From NCBI GenBank assembly GCA_016868105.1, contig VGIA01000002.1, forward strand, positions 1 to 55,514: DNA of 55,514 nt, given 5' to 3'. Positions within the stretch are counted from its first letter, which is position 1. Every line of letters starts with the position of its first letter. The notes under the pieces are model-generated. The model worked only from the letters and a program-made list of their open reading frames with translations, was not told the origin of the DNA and ran no database searches. The DNA is from Betaproteobacteria bacterium. GTDB lineage: Bacteria; Pseudomonadota; Gammaproteobacteria; Burkholderiales; SG8-39. Of the stretch, positions 27,529 to 35,482 are shown one piece after another. A program made the position numbers and the translations under genes.

Positions 27529-28767
27529 TCAGCCCCCGCGCTCGAGCACCAGCTGCACGTCCCCGAGCGCCCGCTCGGCGAAACCGCCCTCGCAGTAGCT
27601 GAGGTAGTACTGCCACATCCGGATGAAGGTATCGGGATAACCCAGTGCACGCACCCGCGGCGCGTTGCCGAGGAAGTTCTCGCGCCAGCGCGCGAGCGTG
27701 GTGGCGTAGTGCGGACCGATGTCCTCCAGCGCGACGATCCGCAGCCGGCTCGCGCCCGTCATCTCGCTGGCGAGCGCGGTCACCGACGGGATGCAGCAGC
27801 CGGGGAAGATGTAGCGCTTGATGAAGTCCACCTCCCGCTTCGCCTGCTCGTAGCGCTGGTCGGCGATGGTGATGGATTGCAGCAGCATGCGGCCCCCCGG
27901 ATGCAGGCGCCGTTCGCAGACGCGAAAGAACTCGCCGAAGTACTGGTGTCCCACCGCCTCGATCATCTCGATGGACACCAGCTTGTCGTAAGCGCCCTCG
28001 AGGTCGCGGTAGTCGCGCAGCAGCACGCTGACGCGGTCCGCGAGCCCCGCGGCGCGCACCCGTTCGGTGGCGAGCGCATGCTGGTTGGGCGAGATCGTGG
28101 TGGTGGTGACGCGGCAGCCGTACTTCCCCGCGGCGTGCAGCGCGAACCCGCCCCAGCCGGTGCCGATCTCCAGCACGTGGTCCTGTGGCCCGAGCGCCAG
28201 CTTGCGGCAGATGGCCTCCAGCTTCGCCGCCTGCGCCTCGGCGAGCGTCATCCCCGGGCGCTCGAAGATGGCGCTGGAGTACATCATGGTTTCATCCAGG
28301 AACAGGCGATACAGGTCGTTGCCAAGGTCGTAGTGAGCCGAGATGTTGCGCCGGCTTCCCGCGCGCGTGTTGCGGTGCAGCCAGTGCGCTGAGACGCGCA
28401 GCGGCGAGGACAGGCGCGCGAGCCCGCCCTCCATCCCGTCCAGCGCCTCGCGGTTGCGCAGCAGCAGCCGCATCAGCCCCGTCAGGTCGTCCGCGACCCA
28501 GTGCCCCAGCATGTACGCCTCGCCCGCCCCAACCGAACCGCCGAAGGCGAGCTCCGGGTAGAAGGCCGGGTGGCGCACGGTGACGTTCACCGCCGCGCCG
28601 CCCGCGGCGCCGAAGCTGCGCGACTCGCCCTGCTCGTGCAGCGCCAGGCGGCCGTGGCGGAGCCCGGAGAGCCGCGCATGGACGAGCCGGCGCGCGAGGC
28701 CGGCGAGGAGTCCCGCGCGCGGCCGCGGGCGGGAGAGATCGACCAGGGTCGGATCGTTCAGGTTCAT
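27529..28767 (-). CDS. cyclopropane-fatty-acyl-phospholipid synthase family SAM methyltransferase (UfaM-like candidate)
   Basis: 412 aa: NISAHYDLGNDLYRLFLDETMMYSSA...VLEIGTGWGGFALHAA...MIEAVGHQY...IFPGCCIPS. Confidence 0.85.
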   Translation of the reverse strand: MNLNDPTLVDLSRPRPRAGLLAGLARRLVHARLSGLRHGRLALHEQGESRSFGAAGGAAVNVTVRHPAFYPELAFGGSVGAGEAYMLGHWVADDLTGLMRLLLRNREALDGMEGGLARLSSPLRVSAHWLHRNTRAGSRRNISAHYDLGNDLYRLFLDETMMYSSAIFERPGMTLAEAQAAKLEAICRKLALGPQDHVLEIGTGWGGFALHAAGKYGCRVTTTTISPNQHALATERVRAAGLADRVSVLLRDYRDLEGAYDKLVSIEMIEAVGHQYFGEFFRVCERRLHPGGRMLLQSITIADQRYEQAKREVDFIKRYIFPGCCIPSVTALASEMTGASRLRIVALEDIGPHYATTLARWRENFLGNAPRVRALGYPDTFIRMWQYYLSYCEGGFAERALGDVQLVLERGG

Positions 28768-29492
28768 GGGTGGGCGTAGAAGGGCGTGCGTCGGGTCCAG
28801 AGCCGCAAGGCCTGCCAGTAGATCGCCGCCACGACCTGCAGCGGCATGAGCGGGAAGCGCGCGAGCGCCCCGGCGAGCGAGGCGGTGCCGATCTCGCGCC
28901 GCGCCAGATCGAGCGTCGCATCGAACACCTTGGCCTCGCCCTCCAGGTTGCGCATGTGCACCGCCAGACGCGCGCCGGGCTCGCTGAAGCGCCAGTCGTA
29001 GCGCAGCGCCATGGGCAGGAACGGCGAGACATGGAAGGCCTTGCCGAAGCGGAAGCGCAGCTCCCCGCCTCCAGTCTGCAGCACGTAGGCGTGGCGCTCG
29101 TTCCAGGGCGTGTTGGTGATCTCCGCGACGATGGTCTCGACCTTGTCGCCCGCGGCGTCGTAGCAATAGTAGAAGCTCACCGGGTTGAAGCAATGGCCGA
29201 ACATGCGCAGGTGCGCGAGCAGGCGGATCGGGCCCGCGGGCCGGCGGCCGGTTTGCGCGGTGACGCGCTCGCGCACCGCCTGGTCCAGGGGCACGGCGGG
29301 ATCGCCCAGGTAGTCCGCGCGGCGCAACCAAGCCAGCGCCGGCCGGCGCGCGGACCAGAACCAGCGGCCGCGGAACACCTGGTCCAGCTCGGCGAGGTCC
29401 AGCCACGCCATGAACAGGCGGTAGCGGAACTCACGCGGGCGTGGCGCGAAGCGCCGGTGCCTAAGCGACCCGGTGTACAGGGCGCTGTGCAT
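28764..29492 (-). CDS. DUF1365 family protein (UfaO-like candidate)
   Basis: MHSALYTGSLRHRRFAPRPREFRYRLFMAWLDLAELD...HLRMFGHCFNPVSFYYCY is typical of DUF1365. ATGA overlap with cfa. Confidence 0.75.
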   Translation of the reverse strand: MHSALYTGSLRHRRFAPRPREFRYRLFMAWLDLAELDQVFRGRWFWSARRPALAWLRRADYLGDPAVPLDQAVRERVTAQTGRRPAGPIRLLAHLRMFGHCFNPVSFYYCYDAAGDKVETIVAEITNTPWNERHAYVLQTGGGELRFRFGKAFHVSPFLPMALRYDWRFSEPGARLAVHMRNLEGEAKVFDATLDLARREIGTASLAGALARFPLMPLQVVAAIYWQALRLWTRRTPFYAHP

Positions 29493-30738
29493 CGCCGATG
29501 TCCTCCGCGAAATGCGCCAGCGCCGCCAGCGCGCTTGTCACGCCGTCCTCGTGAAAGCCGTTGCGCCAGTAAGCGCCGCAATAGTAGGTGCGCCGCCCGC
29601 GATTGAGTTCGGCCTGCCGCGCCTGCGCCGCGACCCCGGCTGGGGTGAACAGCGGGTGGTGGTAGGTGATGCACTTCAGCACCTTCGAGGGGTCCACGGC
29701 ATCGCTGCGATTGAGCGTCACCAGGAACGGCTCGGGCGCATCCAGTCCCTGCAGGATGTTCATGTTGTAGGTGAGCGCGACGCGCTCGCGTGCCCCGGGC
29801 AGCAGGTGGTAGTTCCAGGCCGCCCAGGCCAGTGGCTTCTTCGGCAGCAGCCGCGAGTCGGTATGCAGCAGCGCTTCGTTCTCCTGGTAGGGAATCGCGC
29901 CCAGGACCTCGCGCTCGGCCGGGCTGGGGTCCGCGAGCAGGCGCAGGGCCTGGTCGCTGTGGCAGGCGATGAAGACGGAATCGAAGCGTTCAGCCATCCC
30001 GTCGCGCGTCCGCACGATCACCTGCCCCGGCAGGCGGCGGACCCACTCCACCGGGGTGCGCAGGCGGATGCGGTCGCGCAAGGGTGCCACCAGCTTCTCC
30101 ACGTAGCGTGCGGAACCGCCGCGGACGACACGCCACACCGGCCGCTTGTCCACCGACAGCATGCCGTGGTTGTGCAGGAAGCGGATGAAAAAGCGCGCCG
30201 GGAACGCGAGCATCGACTGCGGATCGGTGGACCAGATGGCAGCGCCCATCGGCACGATGTAGTGCTGGACGAAGCTGCGGCCATACCCGCCCCGCTGCAG
30301 CAGCTCGCCGAGCGGCACCTCGCCCCCGGGCTGGCGCAGGAGCAGCGGCGCCTCGCGGTTGAAGCGCAGGATGTCGCGCACCATGCCCAGGAACGAGGGC
30401 CGCAGCAGGTTTCGGCGCTGTGCGAACAGGCTATTGAGCGTCGTGCCGTTGTACTCCAGCCCGCTCGCCTCGTCGCGCACCGAGAAGCTCATGCGGCTCG
30501 CCTGCCAGCCGACGCCCAATTCCTCCAGCAGGGCGACGAAGTTGGGGTAGGTGCGGTGGTTGAACACGATGAAGCCGGTGTCGACCGCATAGCGCCGCCC
30601 GCCCTGCTCCACCAGGTGGGTGTGCGTGTGGCCGCCGGCGTGGCCGCCGGCCTCGAACACGGTGATGTCGTGCTCGCGGTGAAGGCGGTGCGCGGCGACG
30701 TTGCCGGCGATGCCCGAGCCGATGATCGCGATCTTCAT
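29461..30738 (-). CDS. FAD/NAD(P)-binding amine-oxidase-like oxidoreductase (UfaD-like candidate)
   Basis: MKIAIIGSGIAGNVAAHRL dinucleotide fold and HTD..LLP / YCGAYWRNGFHEDG C-terminus. 32-nt overlap with the DUF1365 gene. Confidence 0.8.
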   Translation of the reverse strand: MKIAIIGSGIAGNVAAHRLHREHDITVFEAGGHAGGHTHTHLVEQGGRRYAVDTGFIVFNHRTYPNFVALLEELGVGWQASRMSFSVRDEASGLEYNGTTLNSLFAQRRNLLRPSFLGMVRDILRFNREAPLLLRQPGGEVPLGELLQRGGYGRSFVQHYIVPMGAAIWSTDPQSMLAFPARFFIRFLHNHGMLSVDKRPVWRVVRGGSARYVEKLVAPLRDRIRLRTPVEWVRRLPGQVIVRTRDGMAERFDSVFIACHSDQALRLLADPSPAEREVLGAIPYQENEALLHTDSRLLPKKPLAWAAWNYHLLPGARERVALTYNMNILQGLDAPEPFLVTLNRSDAVDPSKVLKCITYHHPLFTPAGVAAQARQAELNRGRRTYYCGAYWRNGFHEDGVTSALAALAHFAEDIGDAQRPVHRVA

Positions 30739-31595
30739 CGCTTTCTCGCCTCGCGCACCGCCGCCGGGACCCTGCGCAACTCGTGCACCAGGCCCAGTGC
30801 CGCCAGCAGCTTCAGGCCGTACCAGCTCAGGTCCACCTCCCACCAGTAAAAGCCCTGGTGCGCCGCGCCCGGATAGTGGTGGTGGTTGTTGTGCCAGCCC
30901 TCGCCGAAGGTGAGCAGCGCGAGCCAAAGGTTGTTGCGCGAGTGATCGCGCGTCGCATAGCGCCGGCTGCCAAAGCGATGCGCGAGCGAGTTGATGGTGA
31001 AGGTCGCGTGCCAAAGCGCAACCGTGGAGATGCACAGGCCCCAGACGACGTACTCCAGGCCGCCGGCGGCGTAGAGCGCAGCCGCGAGCAGTGCCGGCAC
31101 CAGCGCGTCATAGCGATCGAGGAATCGCAGCTCCGGGAAACGGGCGAGGTCCGCCACCAGTTCCTGGCGCGTGGCGAAGTTCTCGCGCGCCAGGAACCAG
31201 CCGGCGTGGCTCCAGGCGAAGCCGTGCTGCAGGGCGGAGTGCGCGTCCGCCGGGCGGTCGGCATGGGCATGGTGGTGGCGGTGGTGCGAGGCCCACCACA
31301 GCGGGCCGCGCTGCACCGCGGAGGCGCCCAGCACCGCGAACAGGAACTGCATCGGGCGCGAGCAGCGGAAGGCCCGGTGCGAGAAGTAGCGGTGGTAGAA
31401 AGCGGTCACCGCGAACATGCGCAAGGCGAACAGCGCCGCGGCAAGCCCCACCAGTTCCAGGCTCGCGCCCACCCACAGCGCGCCCAGGCAGCCGGCATGG
31501 ACGGCGATCAAGGGCAGCACGCGAAGGAGGTCGGATCCCGCCGGCGCGGAGGCGCTGTCGAACCAGCAGCGGAGGGTATCGAGCGTGCGCTTCAT
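30735..31595 (-). CDS. membrane acyl-CoA/acyl-lipid desaturase (three His-box family)
   Basis: His boxes HRYFSH, HHRHHHAHAD and HNNHHHYP. Start at ATG 31595 (ATGA overlap) or 31601. Confidence 0.85.
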   Translation of the reverse strand: MKRTLDTLRCWFDSASAPAGSDLLRVLPLIAVHAGCLGALWVGASLELVGLAAALFALRMFAVTAFYHRYFSHRAFRCSRPMQFLFAVLGASAVQRGPLWWASHHRHHHAHADRPADAHSALQHGFAWSHAGWFLARENFATRQELVADLARFPELRFLDRYDALVPALLAAALYAAGGLEYVVWGLCISTVALWHATFTINSLAHRFGSRRYATRDHSRNNLWLALLTFGEGWHNNHHHYPGAAHQGFYWWEVDLSWYGLKLLAALGLVHELRRVPAAVREARKR

Positions 31596-32110
31596 GGCCA
31601 TTGCTGCGGTACCTTGCGCAGCCGTGCCGCGTCGTAGCCCTGCTCGCGCAGGAACCCGAGCAGGCGCTGGTAGTCCGCCTGCGGAATCTGCGGCTGGCGC
31701 GCCATGATCCACACGTAGTCGCGCTTCTCGCGCCCGATCACCACCTGGCCGTAGTCCGGGGCGAGCCAGGCGATGCGGAAATCAGCCTTGATGGGCCAGA
31801 CGAAGCGCATGCCCCACACCGCGTTCCCGGTGCCCGGGACCACGAAGCCGCGCGGGGTGTAGCGCTTCAACTCGCCGTCGAACCCGCCCTCGCGGAAGGT
31901 GAAAGTGGTGGCAATGCTGCCGTCGGCCCCCAGCCGGTAGGATTCCACCGCGTTGTGGGCGCCGGTCTCGATGAAGGTCGGGATGCTGGCGATCACGTAC
32001 CAATCGCCCATGAAGCGCGCCAGGTCCACCTGAGGAGCCAGCGCAAGCGGCGGCAGCCCCGGGCTGGAACAGCCGGCGAGCAGCGCAAGGGCGAAGGCCA
32101 CCCGTTTCAT
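31592..32110 (-). CDS. blc: bacterial lipocalin (Blc-type outer-membrane lipoprotein)
   Basis: Lipobox LLAGCSS, then FMGDWYVIASIP lipocalin motif and YVWIMAR. Confidence 0.8.
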   Translation of the reverse strand: MKRVAFALALLAGCSSPGLPPLALAPQVDLARFMGDWYVIASIPTFIETGAHNAVESYRLGADGSIATTFTFREGGFDGELKRYTPRGFVVPGTGNAVWGMRFVWPIKADFRIAWLAPDYGQVVIGREKRDYVWIMARQPQIPQADYQRLLGFLREQGYDAARLRKVPQQWP

Positions 32111-32883
32111 ACGCTTCGCCTCGGCCCGGGAAAGAACGCATTGGTGCGCAGCACGTAGTTCGCGTACTGCGGCCGGCGCTGCCCGATGTCCTTCTCCAGC
32201 AGCGCCACGCCTGAGACGCGCAGCAGCAGCAGGCTCATGAGCAGCGGCGAGAACACCGTCCACCAGGCACCCGCGGCGGCGGCGAGCAGCCAGAAGCCCC
32301 ACCAGAGGCAGAATTCGCCGAAGTAGTTCGGGTGCCGGCTGTAGCGCCACAGCCCGCGATCCATGACGCCCCCGGCGTTGCGCGGGTCGGCCTTGAAGCG
32401 GGCCAGCTGGGCGTCGGCAAGGGCCTCGAAACCGAGGCCGAACACCACCAGCGCGGCCCCCGCGCCATCGAGCGCGCCGGCCGGCTGGCCGGAGCCAATC
32501 GCCGCGGCCAGCGGCGCGGAGATGATCCAGGCCAGCACCGCCTGCAGGCCGAAGACGAGGTACAGGCTCCTCCAGGCGAAGCCAGGCTCGTTGCGCGCGC
32601 GGATGGCGCGGTAGCGGTGGTCCTCGGGCGCGCCCCAGTTGCGCGCGGCGAGGTAGCCTGCCAGGCGCAGCGACCACAGGGCCACCAGCGCGAGCACCAG
32701 CAGCGCGCGCCCATCGATCGCCTCCGCCGGCACGGCATAGACCGCGGCCGCGGCGAGGAAGAACAGCGACCAGAAGATGTCCACCAGCCCGGCGTTGCTG
32801 CGCGCGGTGGCAACCGCCCAGGCGAGCAGCGCGAGCGCGACGGTGGCCGGCAGGCCGGCGAGCCAGTCCTGCAAGAAGCTCAT
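32107..32883 (-). CDS. DUF1295 / steroid 5-alpha-reductase-like membrane protein
   Basis: GLWRYSRHPNYFGEFCLWWGFW motif. Polytopic membrane protein. Confidence 0.75.
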   Translation of the reverse strand: MSFLQDWLAGLPATVALALLAWAVATARSNAGLVDIFWSLFFLAAAAVYAVPAEAIDGRALLVLALVALWSLRLAGYLAARNWGAPEDHRYRAIRARNEPGFAWRSLYLVFGLQAVLAWIISAPLAAAIGSGQPAGALDGAGAALVVFGLGFEALADAQLARFKADPRNAGGVMDRGLWRYSRHPNYFGEFCLWWGFWLLAAAAGAWWTVFSPLLMSLLLLRVSGVALLEKDIGQRRPQYANYVLRTNAFFPGPRRSV

Positions 32884-33407
32884 CTGGCCTCCAGCCGCAG
32901 CGCAAGGGCGGACAGCAGCGGCGTGGCAAGCGCCCAGCCGGCGGCAACCGCGGTCAGGCCCAGCAACGGGTCGGCGAATTGCAGCGCGCCCAGCCGCTCG
33001 CCCGCGTAGTACGCCACCGGGCCGCCGATGGCGCCAAACAGCACGCCCAGCACCGGCCACTCGCGCAGCCAGCGCAGCGACACGTTGAGGGTGGTGGCGA
33101 ACAGCGCCCACAGCGCCACCATCCACACCGGCGCCAGCGCCGACAAGGGGACCGCGCCGGCAAATGACACCCAGCCCGTCATTGCGAGCACGGAGTCGAA
33201 CGCGAACCCGGCCAGGGCCGCGACGAGCACCAGCGACAGCTCATCGCGCGGATTGCGGGAACGAAAGACGATGAACGCCGCGATCAGCAGCGCGACCAGC
33301 GCGCCCTGCCAGGGAAAGCCGCGCGCCGCGCCCAGCACGCAGGCAAACCAGCCGGCCTGGAAGAGCAGGAAATTGACCGCCACGGCCGACCGGGTCGCCA
33401 CGAACAC
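32880..33407 (-). CDS. DUF2878-like small membrane protein
   Basis: 175 aa from GTG 33407: NFLLFQAGWFACVLGAA...GGPVAYYAGERLGA. Four to five predicted TM helices. Family name assigned from memory of this conserved neighbourhood. Confidence 0.55.
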   Translation of the reverse strand: MFVATRSAVAVNFLLFQAGWFACVLGAARGFPWQGALVALLIAAFIVFRSRNPRDELSLVLVAALAGFAFDSVLAMTGWVSFAGAVPLSALAPVWMVALWALFATTLNVSLRWLREWPVLGVLFGAIGGPVAYYAGERLGALQFADPLLGLTAVAAGWALATPLLSALALRLEAR

Positions 33408-33414
33408 GCGCCCT

Positions 33415-34461
33415 TCAGTCCGCGGGACGCTCGAACAGGTAGTGGCTGACCCACCATTGCTGGCCGGCGTCGTGGCCGAACAGACCCGCGCAGGCCATGA
33501 AGAACAGGCGCCAGCGCTGCAGCCACAGCCCCGCCTCACGCTCGCCGTAGGCGCGCGCGAGCACCGGCAGCGCCTCGCCGCGGCGCCGGTCCAGGTTCTC
33601 CAGCCAGGCATTCGCGGTACGCTCGTAGTGCGTGCCGTCCCAGCGCCAGCGGTGCACGAGGCGCAGCCGGTCCTGGAAGCGCAGCGCGAGCTCGTCCGCG
33701 GGCATGATGCCGCCGGAGAAGAAGTGCCGGCTGATCCAGTCCGACGGCCCCGCGTCGGTGAAGGCATAGCTCTGGGCGCGGTGGCAGAACACGTGCATGA
33801 AGAAGTGCCCGCCGGGGCGCAGCCAGCCGTGCACACGGTGGAACATCGCGCGCCAGTTGCGCATGTGCTCGAACATCTCCACCGAGACCGCACGGTCGAA
33901 GCGCTGCGGCGTGTCGAACGCGTTCATGTCCGCGGTGCGCACCGTGACGTTGGCGAGGCCCCGTGCGCGCGCTTCGCCCTCGATGTAGGCGCGCTGCGAG
34001 GCGGAGTTGGACACCGCGGTGATGCGGCTGCCCGGGTAGGCGGCGGCCATCCACAGCGTGAGCGAACCCCAGCCGCAGCCCAGTTCCAGGATGTCCTGCC
34101 CGTCGGCCAGGCCGGCGCGCAGGCAGGTCTCGGCAAGGGCGGCTTGCTCGGCCTCGACGAGCGTGACCACGCCCTCGGGCCACCAGCAGCTGCTGTACTT
34201 GCGGTGCGGCCCCAGCGCCAGGCCGAAGAACTCGGCTGGCACCTCGTAGTGCTGGGCGTTGGCGAGGTGCGGCACCGGCGCAATCTGGGCTGTATCCATG
34301 TCGCGCAGGAAGGCCTCGGCGCGCAGCGCGGCGCCTTCGCTGCCGGCCTGCGCCAGTTGCGCCAGGCGCTGCTTAACCAGGCGGCGCACGCCCCTGCGTA
34401 TCACCGCATCGGGCACCAGGCCCCGCTCGACCCAGTCGAGCGCAAGTTGTGTCGTGCTCAT
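33415..34461 (-). CDS. second Cfa-family SAM-dependent methyltransferase
   Basis: 348 aa: HYEVPAEFFGLALGPHRKYSSCWW...ILELGCGWGSLTLWMA...SVEMFEHM. ATGA overlap with the regulator gene. Confidence 0.8.
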   Translation of the reverse strand: MSTTQLALDWVERGLVPDAVIRRGVRRLVKQRLAQLAQAGSEGAALRAEAFLRDMDTAQIAPVPHLANAQHYEVPAEFFGLALGPHRKYSSCWWPEGVVTLVEAEQAALAETCLRAGLADGQDILELGCGWGSLTLWMAAAYPGSRITAVSNSASQRAYIEGEARARGLANVTVRTADMNAFDTPQRFDRAVSVEMFEHMRNWRAMFHRVHGWLRPGGHFFMHVFCHRAQSYAFTDAGPSDWISRHFFSGGIMPADELALRFQDRLRLVHRWRWDGTHYERTANAWLENLDRRRGEALPVLARAYGEREAGLWLQRWRLFFMACAGLFGHDAGQQWWVSHYLFERPAD

Positions 34462-35375
34462 GTATTGCTCTTCCTGGGACGCAGCAGCGCCACCAGGCGC
34501 CGTACGCCGGCTTCGATGTCCGCGCCCAGTGGCACCGCGCCGGCGGCGACGATGGCGTCACGATGGCGCACCGAGGTCTGGCCGCCGATCAGCACCGGGA
34601 TGTCCACCTGCGCGACCAGCGCCGGCAGCGCCTTGCGCAGGGTTGCTGGCTCGGGGTCCAGGGAACTGGAAACGACGATGGCGCGGCAATCGGCGCGCCG
34701 CGCCGGCAACGCCAGTTCCGCCAGCGGCAGGTTGGCGCCCAGCGGCACGCAGCGCAGCCCCGCTTCGCTGGCGGCGATGGCGAACAGGAGCAGGCCGATC
34801 TCGTGGAACTCGCCGGGGGCGCAGGCGAGCAGCAGCTTGGGGCCAGAGGGCAGGCGCCGGTGGTGCAGGCGCGCGCCCAGCTTGTTCCTCAGATAGACGG
34901 CGAAGAAATGCTCCTCGGCGACGCCGCCGGCGGTCCGGTCCCAGCGCTCCCCCAGGGCGCACAGCAGCGGCATGAGCAGGCTCGAGGTCACGCGCTCGAT
35001 CGGGTGCAGCGACAGCGCCTCCTCGTAGACTGCGTCCAGCGCCGCCTCGTCGAAGCGCGCGATGGCGGTGGACATGCGCTCCAGGTAGCGGGCCCAGGGC
35101 CCGGCGGCGGGCGGCGCCTGGCGCGCCTGTACCCCGCCGGAGAGCGCCCGGCGCACCTGCCCGATGGGCACGCCCTTGGCCATCAGCGAAAGCACCTCGT
35201 GGATCTGGTTCACCTGCGCCTGGGTGTACAGGCGGTGGCCGGTGCGGGTGCGCGATGGACGGATCAGGCCGTAGCGCCGCTCCCAGGCGCGCAGCGTGAC
35301 CGGCAGCACGCCGGTGAGGGAGGCGACGGTCCGGATCGGGTAGCGCTCGGTGCCGGCGGCGGAGTCGGTGCCCAT
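34458..35375 (-). CDS. MerR-family regulator with B12-binding domain (CarH/LitR-type photoreceptor candidate)
   Basis: MerR HTH YPIRTVASLTGVLPVTLRAWERRYGL. W-x9-EH motif (WDRTAGGVAEEH) and E-x-H-x-x-G motif (EFHEIG) of AdoB12-binding CarH-like proteins. Start placed at ATG 35375 (MGTDS); ATG 35390 is the alternative. Confidence 0.8.
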   Translation of the reverse strand: MGTDSAAGTERYPIRTVASLTGVLPVTLRAWERRYGLIRPSRTRTGHRLYTQAQVNQIHEVLSLMAKGVPIGQVRRALSGGVQARQAPPAAGPWARYLERMSTAIARFDEAALDAVYEEALSLHPIERVTSSLLMPLLCALGERWDRTAGGVAEEHFFAVYLRNKLGARLHHRRLPSGPKLLLACAPGEFHEIGLLLFAIAASEAGLRCVPLGANLPLAELALPARRADCRAIVVSSSLDPEPATLRKALPALVAQVDIPVLIGGQTSVRHRDAIVAAGAVPLGADIEAGVRRLVALLRPRKSNT

Positions 35376-35379
35376 CCCA

Positions 35380-35412
35380 CAACTATACATAACTTGTACA
35401 AAATATGCAATG
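35380..35412. promoter_or_regulatory. predicted litR-operon promoter overlapped by tandem 11-bp direct repeats (operator I)
   Basis: Minus strand: TTGCAT (35410-35405), 17 nt, TATAGT (35387-35382), 6 nt, ATG 35375. Plus strand: 35380-35390 CAACTATACAT and 35391-35401 AACTTGTACAA both fit nAnnTnnACAn. A third repeat at 35402-35412 is partial. Confidence 0.6.
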
Positions 35413-35433
35413 CGAACGTTAGTTTCCAGACTT

Positions 35434-35455
35434 TACCGATACATTACTTGTACAT
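35434..35455. promoter_or_regulatory. second copy of the tandem 11-bp repeat pair (operator II)
   Basis: TACATTACTTGTACA (35440-35454) matches TACATAACTTGTACA (35386-35400) at 14 of 15 positions, 54 bp away in the same orientation. It lies just upstream of the amidase start. Confidence 0.5.
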
Positions 35456-35482
35456 TCCGGCAGGCTCCAGAGCCAGGCTACA

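Noticed and set aside
24820-28392. 1190-aa ORF on the plus strand, the longest in the window
   Set aside because: Antisense shadow ORF typical of high-GC DNA. The product is Arg/Ala/Gly/Pro-rich with no recognisable motif. It is fully overlapped by well-supported genes: the ThDP enzyme and cfa on the opposite strand, and the VOC-like gene on the same strand in another frame.
35380-35460. TGTACA-containing repeats and the AT-rich patch considered as IS/MITE termini or an integration scar
   Set aside because: The repeats are direct rather than inverted, 54 bp apart, in a promoter gap. There is no transposase, integrase or target-site duplication nearby. An operator interpretation fits better.
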